From an uncultured Chloroflexia bacterium (lineage in GTDB: Bacteria > Chloroflexota > Limnocylindria > Limnocylindrales > CSP1-4), in the NCBI GenBank assembly GCA_963813335.1, contig CAWEYL010000003.1, forward strand, positions 128,001 through 192,000: a stretch of DNA of 64,000 bases, in the 5' to 3' direction. The notes beneath the pieces are model-generated. The model was given only the letters and a program-made list of their open reading frames with translations. It made no database searches and had not been told where the DNA came from. A program made the translations under genes and the position numbers. Below, one piece after another: positions 31,568 through 44,215 of this stretch (within the stretch, counting starts at the first letter, position 1; each line of letters opens with the position of its first letter).

Positions 31568-33385
31568 CTAGCCCTCGTCCATGCGGAGCATCGCCAGGAA
31601 CGCCTCCTGGGGGATCTCCACCGAGCCGACCCGCTTCATCCGCTGCTTGCCCTCTTTCTGCTTCTCGAGGAGCTTGCGCTTGCGCGTGATATCGCCACCG
31701 TAGCACTTGGCGAGCACGTTCTTCCGCATGGCGCGGACCGTTTCACGCGCAACCACGTTGGAGCCGATGGCCGCCTGGATCGGGATCTCGAACATCTGGC
31801 GCGGGATCAGCTGCTTGAGCCGCTCGGCCAGCTGGCGCCCGACCGACTGGGCGCGGTCGCGGTGGACGATGAGCGACAGGGCATCGACCGGCTCGCCGTT
31901 GACGAGGATGTCGACCTTGGCGAGGTTGGCCGGCCGGTAGCCCAGCTCTTCGTAGTCCATCGACGCGTAGCCCTGGCTGCGGCTCTTGAGCTGGTCGAAG
32001 TAGTCGACGATGAGCTCCGCCAGCGGCATCTCGAAGTGGAGGACGACCCGCGTCGGGTCGAGGTACTCCATGTTGCTGAAGTCGCCGCGGCGGTTGGTCG
32101 AGAGCTCCATCAGCGGCCCGATGTACTGGCTGGGCGTGACCACGCTGAGCTTGACCCACGGCTCCTGGATCTCCTCGATGTCGGTGGGGTTCGGGAGCAG
32201 CGCCGGATTGTCGACGACGAGCTCGCCGCGGCCGAGCGTCCGGATGACGTGGTATTCGACCGACGGCGCCGACGCGATGAGATCGAGGCTGAACTCGCGC
32301 TCGAGGCGCTCCTGCACGATCTCCATGTGGAGGAGGCCGAGGAAGCCGCAGCGGAACCCGAACCCGAGCGCCACCGAGCTCTCCGGCTCGTAGGTGAAGC
32401 TGGCGTCGTTGAGGTGGAGCTTCTCGAGCGCGTCGCGCAGGAGCGGGTAGTCCTCGCCGGACACCGGGTAGATGCCGGCGAACACGAGGCTCTTGGCGGG
32501 CTGGTAGCCGGGCAGCGGGACATCGGCGGGGCGGGTCGCGCTCGTCAGCGTGTCGCCGACCTGGGCGTCGCGGACACTCTTGAGCCCGGTGGCGACGTAG
32601 CCCACCTCGCCCGCGACGAGCTGCTGGACCGGGACCAGCTGCGGCCGGAAGACGCCGAGCTCGAGCGGGTCGGCGGTCACGCCGCTGCCCATCAGCAGGA
32701 CCGCGTCGTTGTGGTGGATCGTGCCCTGGGCGAGCCGCACGTAGACGATGACGCCCTTGTACGCGTCGTAGTGGCTGTCGAAGATCAGGCCCTTGAGCGG
32801 CGCCTTCGGGTCGCCCTTTGGCGCCGGGATGCGAGCGACGATGGCCTCGAGGATCTCGGCCACGCCGGTGCCGTCCTTGGCACTCGCGAGGAGGACCTCC
32901 TCGCGCGGGATGGCGAGGACGTTCTCCAGCTCGTCCATGATCGTCTCGGGGTCCGCGGACGGCAGGTCGATCTTGTTGAGGACCGGGATGAGCGTGAGGT
33001 TCTCGCGCAGCGCGAGGTGGACGTTGGCGAGCGTCTGCGCCTCGATGCCCTGGGTGGCGTCGACGACCAGGATCGCACCCTCGCAGGCCTGGAGGCTGTG
33101 GCTGACCTCGTAGGCGAAGTCCACGTGGCCGGGCGTGTCGATGAGGTTGAGGCCATAGACCAGGCCGTCGTTCGCGGTGTACTCGAGCCGCGCTGAGCGG
33201 GCCTTGATCGTGATGCCCTTCTCGCGCTCGAGGTCCATCGAATCGAGGACCTGGCTGGTCATCTGGCGCGCGTCGATCGTGTGCGTCATCTCGAGCAGGC
33301 GGTCCGCGAGCGTGGACTTGCCGTGATCGATGTGGGCGATGATCGAGAAATTGCGCAGGCGTTGCTGCGGGATGGGTGTGCTCAC
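31568..33385 (-). CDS. lepA: Elongation factor 4
   Basis: [18 protein letters not shown] and [18 protein letters not shown]. Confidence 0.98.
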   Translation of the reverse strand: MSTPIPQQRLRNFSIIAHIDHGKSTLADRLLEMTHTIDARQMTSQVLDSMDLEREKGITIKARSARLEYTANDGLVYGLNLIDTPGHVDFAYEVSHSLQACEGAILVVDATQGIEAQTLANVHLALRENLTLIPVLNKIDLPSADPETIMDELENVLAIPREEVLLASAKDGTGVAEILEAIVARIPAPKGDPKAPLKGLIFDSHYDAYKGVIVYVRLAQGTIHHNDAVLLMGSGVTADPLELGVFRPQLVPVQQLVAGEVGYVATGLKSVRDAQVGDTLTSATRPADVPLPGYQPAKSLVFAGIYPVSGEDYPLLRDALEKLHLNDASFTYEPESSVALGFGFRCGFLGLLHMEIVQERLEREFSLDLIASAPSVEYHVIRTLGRGELVVDNPALLPNPTDIEEIQEPWVKLSVVTPSQYIGPLMELSTNRRGDFSNMEYLDPTRVVLHFEMPLAELIVDYFDQLKSRSQGYASMDYEELGYRPANLAKVDILVNGEPVDALSLIVHRDRAQSVGRQLAERLKQLIPRQMFEIPIQAAIGSNVVARETVRAMRKNVLAKCYGGDITRKRKLLEKQKEGKQRMKRVGSVEIPQEAFLAMLRMDEG

Positions 33386-33543
33386 GACGCCGGAGTGTAG
33401 TCGTCGGACCTTCACGACGCCGTCGTGCGCTCACGCAGGATCACCATGGTCGGAAGAAGGCCGTGCCCAAGCCATTGCGTCCGGCGACGGGTCCAATGGG
33501 CCATTGCGTCGGGTCGTGGTGAAGTTGAACATGGCAGCGGGCG

Positions 33544-33915
33544 ATGCTCACGCGTACCCGCTGGTCGATCTTCGTCCTCGTCGCCACTGTGACGGTGGCA
33601 GGCGCTCTTGCAGGCTGCATGCGAGAGGATCAAGGCGAGGGCATGACGATCTGGAACCAGACCTCGGCGACCGTCGACGTCAACTACCGACGGATCGTTG
33701 GCACGACCGAGATGGAGGACCCCGTCATGACGGTCCCTCCCGGCCAGCGGGTCAACGTCGTCGGCCTGCACCAGGCCGAAGGGAAATGCATCCGCGGCAC
33801 CCTGGTCGCGATCCTGGACGGCCGGACGATCGCCACGCTGTCGCAGCCGTGTCGGGGCGTCGAGTGGGTGATCACGAGCCCGGAGATGTCCGTGTCCAGG
33901 GTCTCACCGTCATAG
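33544..33915 (+). CDS. Putative lipoprotein
   Basis: Lipobox LAGC after a hydrophobic signal. Confidence 0.6.
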   Translation: MLTRTRWSIFVLVATVTVAGALAGCMREDQGEGMTIWNQTSATVDVNYRRIVGTTEMEDPVMTVPPGQRVNVVGLHQAEGKCIRGTLVAILDGRTIATLSQPCRGVEWVITSPEMSVSRVSPS

Positions 33916-33942
33916 CCGCGGGCGCCATCCGGCGGCGGCCGC

Positions 33943-34626
33943 TCAGGCGCCGAGGCCGAACCCGAACGCCGACATCGCCTTGAGCAGGAACCAGATCCCG
34001 AACACGAGGCTGATGGCGATCATCACCACGCGGCTGTGGCGCGTGAGCGCGTCACCCGCTCGGGCGAGCAGCACGTCGGCCCGGGCGGGCGAGACGACCG
34101 CTGCCAGCAGCGCGAGGAGATGGAGCGCCTCGGCCGCCACGACCCAGACGACGAACACGGCCCAGCCCGCCGCCGGGGCCAGCTCGGCGTCCTGGATCGC
34201 CCCGATCGCCCCGAGCGTGAAGGCCCAGAGCTTGGGGCTCAGGGCGACGAGCCCGGCGCCCATGAGGAACGCGCGACCCGCGCCGATGCCGTCGACCATC
34301 GTCATCCAGCGCGGTGGCGGGGCGTCCTCGTCCGGCTGGTTCGCGACCTTGCGCGCCGCCGAGACCAGGAGCAGCACGCCGACGACCAGGAGGAGGGCGC
34401 CCTCGACGGGACTGATGCCGGTGGCGGCATCGTCCATCGCCCGCTCGAGGATGAGCCCGAACACCGCGTACTGGACGAGCCGCACGAGGGTCATGCCCGC
34501 GATCCAGGCCCCGGCCCTGGCCCGACCGCCTGCCGACCGGAGCATCAGGATCGTGATCGCGACCTGGATCGGCAGCACGGCCGTCGCGATGGCGAGCGGG
34601 ATGAGCGTCGTCCAGAGCTCGGTCAT
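33943..34626 (-). CDS. GAP/Sap-family (LysE superfamily) membrane protein
   Basis: About 6 TM; PPRWM and SPK motifs. Confidence 0.75.
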   Translation of the reverse strand: MTELWTTLIPLAIATAVLPIQVAITILMLRSAGGRARAGAWIAGMTLVRLVQYAVFGLILERAMDDAATGISPVEGALLLVVGVLLLVSAARKVANQPDEDAPPPRWMTMVDGIGAGRAFLMGAGLVALSPKLWAFTLGAIGAIQDAELAPAAGWAVFVVWVVAAEALHLLALLAAVVSPARADVLLARAGDALTRHSRVVMIAISLVFGIWFLLKAMSAFGFGLGA

Positions 34627-34703
34627 GGTCGGTCAGTGTGCCTGACGGATCGTCGGCCTCGTGCGGCCCCTTGTCCCTGCCTCGTGGATCGGCTGGCCGC
34701 CGC

Positions 34704-34747
34704 TTGACAGCGGCCGCCGGTGGCGCTATATCGTGACGCGATATAGC
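34704..34747 (+). promoter_or_regulatory. Sigma70-type promoter with an overlapping palindromic operator
   Basis: TTGACA-17-TATATC; GCTATATCG-N5-CGATATAGC at 34725-34747. Confidence 0.75.
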
Positions 34748-34763
34748 CTGCCGGGAGGTAGAC

Positions 34764-35324
34764 ATGCGGACCGTCGTCCACGGCTGGAGCAGCCTCGGGT
34801 TCCTCTCGAGGGTCGCGATCCTCGTGCTGACCGGGGTCGCCTGGGCCGCGCGCTCGCTGCAGTCGATCCTCCTCGACCCCGACTACTGGGACCCCGTGAC
34901 GGCCAACGACTACGTCTCGATCTACCTCTACAGCCTCGCGTGGCTGCTGACGGCCGTCTCGCTCCTGATCCTGCGCGAGGTGGCCCGCCCGGCGCGCGAC
35001 CTCTCGGTCGCCATCGTCGTCGTCGCTGTCGCGTGCGTGGTGACCGGTGTCGCGAACGGGATCGAGGATGCCCTGGGGGTCAGCGGGTTCGGCATGGTGT
35101 ACGTCATCGGCATCCTGACGAGCGTCATCGGGATGATCGCGATCGCCGCCATGCTTCGAGGGACGCCAGCCGGCCGACTGGCGTTCGTACCCGCGATCGG
35201 CGCCCTCACGATGCTCCTGATGGTCCTCGGTGGCGGCATCCTCGGCCTGGCGGCCTGGGGCGGGTTCGCGGCGGTCCTGGCCCGCGAACGGTCGAAGCCC
35301 AGCGGATCGCCGGCGGCCGCCTGA
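34764..35324 (+). CDS. Hypothetical membrane protein
   Basis: GGAGGT RBS; 5-6 TM. Confidence 0.75.
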   Translation: MRTVVHGWSSLGFLSRVAILVLTGVAWAARSLQSILLDPDYWDPVTANDYVSIYLYSLAWLLTAVSLLILREVARPARDLSVAIVVVAVACVVTGVANGIEDALGVSGFGMVYVIGILTSVIGMIAIAAMLRGTPAGRLAFVPAIGALTMLLMVLGGGILGLAAWGGFAAVLARERSKPSGSPAAA

Positions 35325-35333
35325 CCGCCACGT

Positions 35334-36278
35334 TCAGGCGGCCTGGGCCGCCAGGACCGTGACGCCGACGATGATCAGGATCACGCCGGCCACCTGGATC
35401 CGCGCGAGCCGCTCCCCGAACAGGACGTAGGCCGCGACCGCGCTGATGGCGGCGAACTGGCTGCCCATGACCGCGACGATCGGGATGCTCTCGCGGGCGC
35501 CCCATGCCGAGGCCGTCGCACCGAGCATCTCGCCGATCCCGGCGATGACCAGCAGCGGCAGCGCCGCGCGCGTCGTGCGCAGGCGGCCGGACAGCGCGAC
35601 GGGCAGCGTGATGATCCCGACGCCGACCACCCGCGCGGCGAGCGCCACCCACACCGGCGGCAGGACCGCGGCCGCCCGGCCGCTGGCGACGAGCCCGACG
35701 CCGAAGATGAGTGCCGCGCCGACGGCCAGGATCGCGCTCTTGCGGAGGTCGCCCGGCGCCATCGGCGGCGTGTGGGTCATCGGCCCGGGCGCCTCGGCCA
35801 CCTCGGGGAGCGGCGCGTCGAGCGCCCCGGCGACCAGCCCGAGATCGCCGACCGGGACGTCGGTGGTGGCGCGCTCGATCGATGACATGACCACGCCCGT
35901 GGCGATGATGGCCAGCGCGAGGCCCGCCAGCAGGCCGACGGTATCGCCGAGTGCGATGGCGATGACGGCGGCGACCGCGCCTTCGGTCGCGACGATCGGG
36001 GCGACGATCGAGACCTTGCCGATCGTGAGCGCCGCGTAAGCGAGCATCAGACCGAGGCAGTAGCAGAGCCCCGCGACGAGCAGCAGCACGAAGACGAAGG
36101 GGTCGAACGTCGGGGGGAGCGCGGTGGCGAGCGCAAGCGGCAGGCCGACGACCGTCCCGATGACCATGACCCATGCCAGCACGACGATCGAGCCGAGCAT
36201 CCGGCTCGAGCGCGACGAGCTGAGCGTGGCAGCCGACCACAGGACGGCCGCGGCGAGGCCGCCGAGGATCGCAGTCAC
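35334..36278 (-). CDS. EamA/DMT family transporter
   Basis: About 10 TM, GKVSIVAPI and LFGERL; start chosen from an upstream CACACT box. Confidence 0.85.
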   Translation of the reverse strand: MTAILGGLAAAVLWSAATLSSSRSSRMLGSIVVLAWVMVIGTVVGLPLALATALPPTFDPFVFVLLLVAGLCYCLGLMLAYAALTIGKVSIVAPIVATEGAVAAVIAIALGDTVGLLAGLALAIIATGVVMSSIERATTDVPVGDLGLVAGALDAPLPEVAEAPGPMTHTPPMAPGDLRKSAILAVGAALIFGVGLVASGRAAAVLPPVWVALAARVVGVGIITLPVALSGRLRTTRAALPLLVIAGIGEMLGATASAWGARESIPIVAVMGSQFAAISAVAAYVLFGERLARIQVAGVILIIVGVTVLAAQAA

Positions 36279-36398
36279 GTGCCAAGTGTGGCGGGTGCGA
36301 TGTGTTGCCGTCGCCGGTTCGTCGATTCGTCGACTCGTCGAGTCCAAGGTGCGCGAGTGGCAGGCAATGCGACTGTCCTGTGAGACCTCGCCGTTTCG

Positions 36399-36572
36399 GT
36401 CAGATGACCCTCAGGTGGTCACTCGTCACCGAACGAACGGCGGAGTCCTGTCGATCGAACCTGCCTCGTGCGTGGACCCCGGCCGGACTGGCCACGGGAC
36501 CTGCCAGATGCGCGCCTGGTGATTCATCTGACAGGAATGTCGTGACCAACGACCGCCTGACGAGCATCTGAC
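36399..36572. repeat. 174-bp element, copy 2 (gene-less)
   Basis: Arms GTCAGATGACCCTCAGGTGGTCACTCGTCAC and GTGACCAACGACCGCCTGACGAGCATCTGAC; same length and hairpin offset as copy 1. Confidence 0.8.
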
Positions 36573-36748
36573 AGGAACCAGTCCTGCGTCGCAGGCTGCT
36601 GGTCGGCGCAGCCGATCCCTGCCCCTCGCGGTCCCTGCTGCTCCCGGTCCGGCCGGGGACCTGTGGTACCATCCGCCTTCGCGTCCGGCGCTCACCCCGT
36701 GCCGCGCGTCACGTCGACCACCACCATCACACCAGAGGTCAGCCCACC

Positions 36749-37408
36749 TTGGCCAAGACGCCCCGCACCTGGACGGGCGCTCGTACGCCGTCAGGACTCA
36801 AGCGAGTCCGTCAGGCCGCGAGCCGCCGTGAGGTCCTCCAGCCGCGCCGCAGTGCCGCGAAGACGTACGTCGCGAAGGCCCTCATGGCCGCATCCGCGCC
36901 GGCCGACGAGGGACTCGATGCGAACTTCGCCCTCCTCGAGGCGCTGAGCGCGCTCGATCGGGCGGCCAAGGCTGGTGCCATCCACCCGAACGCCGCCGCT
37001 CGCCGCAAGTCGCGCCTGACCCGCAAGGTCAACGCCGCGGTCGGTGGCGCGCACGTCCAGGTCGGTGGCCGCGTCGTCAAGACGACCGGCAAGGCCGCGG
37101 CCGCCAAGGCTGCCAAGGCCCGCATCGCGGCCGGCAAGGCCGACAAGGCCAAGGGCGCCCAGACCGCCGCCGGCAAGGCTCGCGCCGCGCTGAGCAAGAC
37201 GGCCCGCGCCGAGGCCGCCGCCGCCAAGGCCGCCGCCGCCGCAGCCGCGGAGACCACCACGGCCAGGGCCGCGACGAAGGCCCCGGCCAAGGCACCGGCG
37301 AAGAAGTCGACGGCGAAGGCGACCGCCGCCCCGAAGAAGACGGCGACGAAGGCCCCCACCGCGACCGCCAAGGCCGCCCCAAAGGCGAAGAAGGCCGACG
37401 CCAAGTAA
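36749..37408 (+). CDS. rpsT: 30S ribosomal protein bS20 with a long Ala/Lys-rich C-terminal extension
   Basis: KRVRQ..RSAAKTYV..LDRAAKAGAIHPNAAARRKSRL, then about 120 aa of A/K-rich tail. Confidence 0.9.
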   Translation: MAKTPRTWTGARTPSGLKRVRQAASRREVLQPRRSAAKTYVAKALMAASAPADEGLDANFALLEALSALDRAAKAGAIHPNAAARRKSRLTRKVNAAVGGAHVQVGGRVVKTTGKAAAAKAAKARIAAGKADKAKGAQTAAGKARAALSKTARAEAAAAKAAAAAAAETTTARAATKAPAKAPAKKSTAKATAAPKKTATKAPTATAKAAPKAKKADAK

Positions 37409-37427
37409 CGGTCACCAGCCCACGACG

Positions 37428-37455
37428 ACGCCCCGACCGACGGTCGGGGCGTTTC
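37428..37455 (+). terminator. Hairpin terminator after rpsT
   Basis: ACGCCCCGACC-gac-GGTCGGGGCGT followed by TTC. Confidence 0.8.
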
Positions 37456-37490
37456 GATTCGTGGCGGGTTCGGGCGGCCAGCGGCCGGCG

Positions 37491-40674
<3,184 letters not shown>

Positions 40675-40696
40675 GGCAGCCTCGATCCCGCGGCCG

Positions 40697-41716
40697 TCAG
40701 GCCGCGACGGGCAGGCGGGCCGCCACGAAGGCGATGAGGTCCGCGATGCGGCAGCTGTAGCCCCACTCGTTGTCGTACCAGGCGATGACCTTGACCATGT
40801 TCCCGCCCAGGACCATGGTCGACGCGGCGTCGATGATCGACGAGCGCGAGTCGCCCTTGAAGTCCATCGAGACGAGCGGCTCGTCGGAGACGCCGAGGAT
40901 GCCCTTGAGCGGGCCGGCGGCCGCCGTGCGGAACGCCGCGTTGAGCTCCTCGACGGTGGTCGGCCGGCTGACCGTCGCGGTGAAGTCGACGACGCTGACC
41001 GTCGGGGTCGGGACGCGCAGGCTGAAGCCGTCGAACTTGCCCTTCAGGTCCGGGATGACCAGGGCGAGGGCCTTCGCCGCGCCGGTCGTCGTCGGGATGA
41101 TGTTCTGGCCGGCGCTGCGAGCGCGGCGCGGGTCCTTGTGGGCGACGTCCAGGATGCGCTGGTCGTTGGTGTAGCTGTGGATGGTGTTCATCAGCCCCAG
41201 CTCGATGGTGAGCAGGTCGTGGACGACCTTCGCCGCGGGGGCCAGGCAGTTGGTCGTGCAGCTGGCGTTGCTGATGACGTGATGGGTCGCCGGGTCGTAG
41301 CGGTCCTCGTTGACGCCGAGGACGATCGTGATGTCCTCGTGCTTCGCGGGGGCGCTGATGATGACCTTCTGGGCGCCGGCCGCGATGTGCGCCTTGGCCT
41401 TCTCGGCGTCGGTGAAGAGGCCCGTGCTCTCGAGCACGATGTCGACGCCCAGGTCGCCCCACGGCAGGTTCGCCGGGTCCCGCTCGGCGAGGATCTTGAT
41501 CTCGCGCCCGTCGATGACGATCGAGGAATCGCCCGCCGCGACCTCGCCCGGGTAGGCACCGTACGTCGAGTCGTGCTTGAACAGGAGGGCGTTCATCTCC
41601 GCGTCGACGAGGTCGTTGACGGCGACGACCTCGATGTCGGGGGCGCGCTCGATGAGGGCCTTGAGCGACTGGCGGCCGATGCGGCCGAAACCGTTGATGC
41701 CGACGCGGGTGGACAT
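40697..41716 (-). CDS. gap: Glyceraldehyde-3-phosphate dehydrogenase, type I
   Basis: [22 protein letters not shown] and WYDNEWGY. Confidence 0.98.
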   Translation of the reverse strand: MSTRVGINGFGRIGRQSLKALIERAPDIEVVAVNDLVDAEMNALLFKHDSTYGAYPGEVAAGDSSIVIDGREIKILAERDPANLPWGDLGVDIVLESTGLFTDAEKAKAHIAAGAQKVIISAPAKHEDITIVLGVNEDRYDPATHHVISNASCTTNCLAPAAKVVHDLLTIELGLMNTIHSYTNDQRILDVAHKDPRRARSAGQNIIPTTTGAAKALALVIPDLKGKFDGFSLRVPTPTVSVVDFTATVSRPTTVEELNAAFRTAAAGPLKGILGVSDEPLVSMDFKGDSRSSIIDAASTMVLGGNMVKVIAWYDNEWGYSCRIADLIAFVAARLPVAA

Positions 41717-41742
41717 TCGAGACCTCCTGGTTGGTTGGGCGA

Positions 41743-42807
41743 TCAGGCGGGTAGGGCGTGTGCGGATGGGCCGTCCGATCGTGCGCTCGGCCCTGGGGGA
41801 CGGACAGGCCCATCGGTCGCGTTCGCAGGGTCCGAATGGACGTTGACCAGCGGATAGGCACCGGCGAGCGAGACGTCCCCACCGAGGAGCGGGGCGAGGA
41901 TCTCGACGCGGCGGGCGACCCCCTCGAACGCCTCGCTGGCGATGGCCTCGCGGACCGGCCCGAGGAGCCGCTCCCCCTGCGCGTCGGCGATGGCCCCGCC
42001 GATGATGACCCGGTGCGGGTTGAAGGTGTTCACGAACCCGACGCAGGCGACCGCGATCGCGCGACGGGCGCGGGTCATGAGCGCGCTGCAGGTCGGGTCG
42101 CCGGCGTCCTCGCCGGCTGCCACGTCCCGCGCGGAGAGCGCGTCGCTGCCGACGTCGGCGGCGCGCGCAGCCAGGGTCCCGCGATCGCCGGCATCGACCG
42201 CCGCGCGTGCGTCGCGGGCCAGGGCGGTGCCGGATGCGACCGCCTCAAGGTGACCGATGCCGCCACAGCCGCAGCGCGGCCCGTCCATCATCACCGGGAC
42301 GTGCCCGAGCTCGCCGGCGAGCCCGTCCGGCCCGTGGAAGAGGCGGCCGCCGCTGACGATGCCGCCGCCGATCCCGGTCGAGACGGTCAGGTAGATGAAG
42401 TCGTCGCAGCCGCGGCCGGCCCCGAAGGTCGATTCGCCCAGGGCGGCGACGTTGGTGTCGCGGTCGAGGAAGGTCGGCAGGCCCAGCGCCGCCTCGACGT
42501 CACGGGCGAGCGGGATGTGGTGGAACTCCGGTCCGAGGTTCGGCGGCTCGACGACGGTCCCCGTGAAGGGATCCACCGGGCCGGGCGCAGAGATGCCGAT
42601 CCCGGCCAACCGGTCGACCACGTCCGCCGGGGCGGCGGATCGGGCCGTCCGGAGCGCGGCGATGCACGCTGCGACGACCGCCGCAGGCCCATCGGCGCAT
42701 GGCGTGACGGTGGCATTACGGGCGAGTCGCGAACCGTCCGGGAGGACGACCGCGGCCCGGATGTGGGTCCCGCCCAGGTCGAGAGCGAGGACCGGTCGTG
42801 GGGACAG
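41743..42807 (-). CDS. ROK family sugar kinase (glucokinase-like)
   Basis: [11 protein letters not shown] lies in frame upstream of the ORF-track start; also STGIGGG, GELGH and [10 protein letters not shown]. Probable CTG start. Confidence 0.88.
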   Translation of the reverse strand: MSPRPVLALDLGGTHIRAAVVLPDGSRLARNATVTPCADGPAAVVAACIAALRTARSAAPADVVDRLAGIGISAPGPVDPFTGTVVEPPNLGPEFHHIPLARDVEAALGLPTFLDRDTNVAALGESTFGAGRGCDDFIYLTVSTGIGGGIVSGGRLFHGPDGLAGELGHVPVMMDGPRCGCGGIGHLEAVASGTALARDARAAVDAGDRGTLAARAADVGSDALSARDVAAGEDAGDPTCSALMTRARRAIAVACVGFVNTFNPHRVIIGGAIADAQGERLLGPVREAIASEAFEGVARRVEILAPLLGGDVSLAGAYPLVNVHSDPANATDGPVRPPGPSARSDGPSAHALPA

Positions 42808-42972
42808 GATGGACTCCGGTGGTCTTCGACGCTGGAAAGCCCCGCCATTCTAGCAAAGCCGGGGTGCCCTCCCGGGGTTGCGGACGGGTCGTCGTGCGGT
42901 GATGGCGCGGTCGCGGGACCGCGCGGAGGACCCGCCAGGGCCGGCGTGGTCGGGGCGTCGGCCGGGAATCGA

Positions 42973-43002
42973 CAGGGCCCCCGCCGTCTGGCGGAGGCCC
43001 TG
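42973..43002 (-). terminator. Hairpin terminator after the DUF5679-like gene
   Basis: CAGGGCC.CCGCC-gtct-GGCGG.GGCCCTG. Confidence 0.65.
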
Positions 43003-43027
43003 AAGGCTTCGCGTCGCGAGGGTCGCG

Positions 43028-43168
43028 TCAGGCGCCGATCCGGAAGACCTTCCCGCCGCAGATCGGGCAGGTGCCCTGCATGGCCGGCTTGCCATTCTTC
43101 ATCGTGATCCGCGTCGGATTGACGACTTCGACCTTCTTCTTGTCCTTGACGCAATACGCCTCGGCCAT
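43028..43168 (-). CDS. 46-aa DUF5679-like small basic protein
   Basis: MAEAYCVKDKKKVEVVNPTRITMKNGKPAMQGTCPICGGKVFRIGA with a GAGGAGGAG RBS; too short for the ORF track. Confidence 0.88.
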   Translation of the reverse strand: MAEAYCVKDKKKVEVVNPTRITMKNGKPAMQGTCPICGGKVFRIGA

Positions 43169-43230
43169 CTGGCTCCTCCTCGGGATGTGCGCGTCACGGG
43201 AACGTTCGTCCCGCGTCCGCCTGGGCTGCC

Positions 43231-44109
43231 TTAGGTGTCTGGTTCGTTCCGCCAGAGGGAGGGTCGCCAGCGATCGGTCGCCGCGGCCCGCTTCTGACGA
43301 TCCATCTCGGCCAGGATGAGCAGGCTCTCAAGACCTGTCTCGACACAGGCCGCCTCGGCCGTATCCTTCGCCTCCCCGCTGACGAACTCGCCAGTCGTCC
43401 GGTTGGCATAGACCGCACAGACGACGCCGGCTCGACAGCTGGCGAGGGTTGCGAGCACGAGGAGTGCCGACGCCTCCATCTCGAAGTTCATGACGCGCTG
43501 CCGCGCCATCTCTTCAGCGAGGTCAGGGTAGCGGATAGGCAGCTGCGGGATCGGGCGTCCCTGCGCGCCGAAGAATCCCGGCGCCGTGGCGGTCACACCC
43601 ACGTGATGGGGGTGCCCGAGCCGCGACGCGGCCTCGATCAGGGCGCTGACGGCCTCGTAGTCCGCGACGGCCGGGTAGCCGTCGTGGACGAAGAAGCTGG
43701 TCGTCGCCTCCAGGCGGACGGCTCCGGTGGTGATGACGAGATCGCCAAGGCGCATCTCCGGCTGGAGCGCCCCGCACGAACCGACCCGGATGAACGTGGG
43801 CCGCTCCGTGATGGCCAGGATCTCCGCGACGACGATCTCGACGTTGTCCGTGCCGATGCCCGTGGAGACGACCGACACGCGTTGGCCGCGGTATCGCCCG
43901 GTGACGGTGGCGAATTCGCGGTGCTGATGCTCCAGCTCGATGGAATCGAGGCGCGTTGCGATGCGGCTGGTTCGGTCGGGGTCACCGGGGAGGAGGATGT
44001 ACTCGGCCAGTTCGCCTGGACCGAGTCCGATGTGGTACTGCCGTTCACCGGCTGGGATCGCGATCCTGCGATCCCGAGGGGATTCGACGCGGGGATCCGC
44101 GTTCGGCAA
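43231..44109 (-). CDS. udp: Uridine/nucleoside phosphorylase
   Basis: QYHI, PGDPDR, HREF, FIRVGSCG and NFEMEAS. Confidence 0.85.
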   Translation of the reverse strand: MPNADPRVESPRDRRIAIPAGERQYHIGLGPGELAEYILLPGDPDRTSRIATRLDSIELEHQHREFATVTGRYRGQRVSVVSTGIGTDNVEIVVAEILAITERPTFIRVGSCGALQPEMRLGDLVITTGAVRLEATTSFFVHDGYPAVADYEAVSALIEAASRLGHPHHVGVTATAPGFFGAQGRPIPQLPIRYPDLAEEMARQRVMNFEMEASALLVLATLASCRAGVVCAVYANRTTGEFVSGEAKDTAEAACVETGLESLLILAEMDRQKRAAATDRWRPSLWRNEPDT

Positions 44110-44215
44110 GACCGCTCCCTCGCTCGTATCGCCGTTCCGCAGGCGCGAAACTCGGCCGAGGATAGTCCCGCCTTCTCGCGAGCGTCAAGCCGCGTCGATC
44201 GTGCACGGATCGTGC

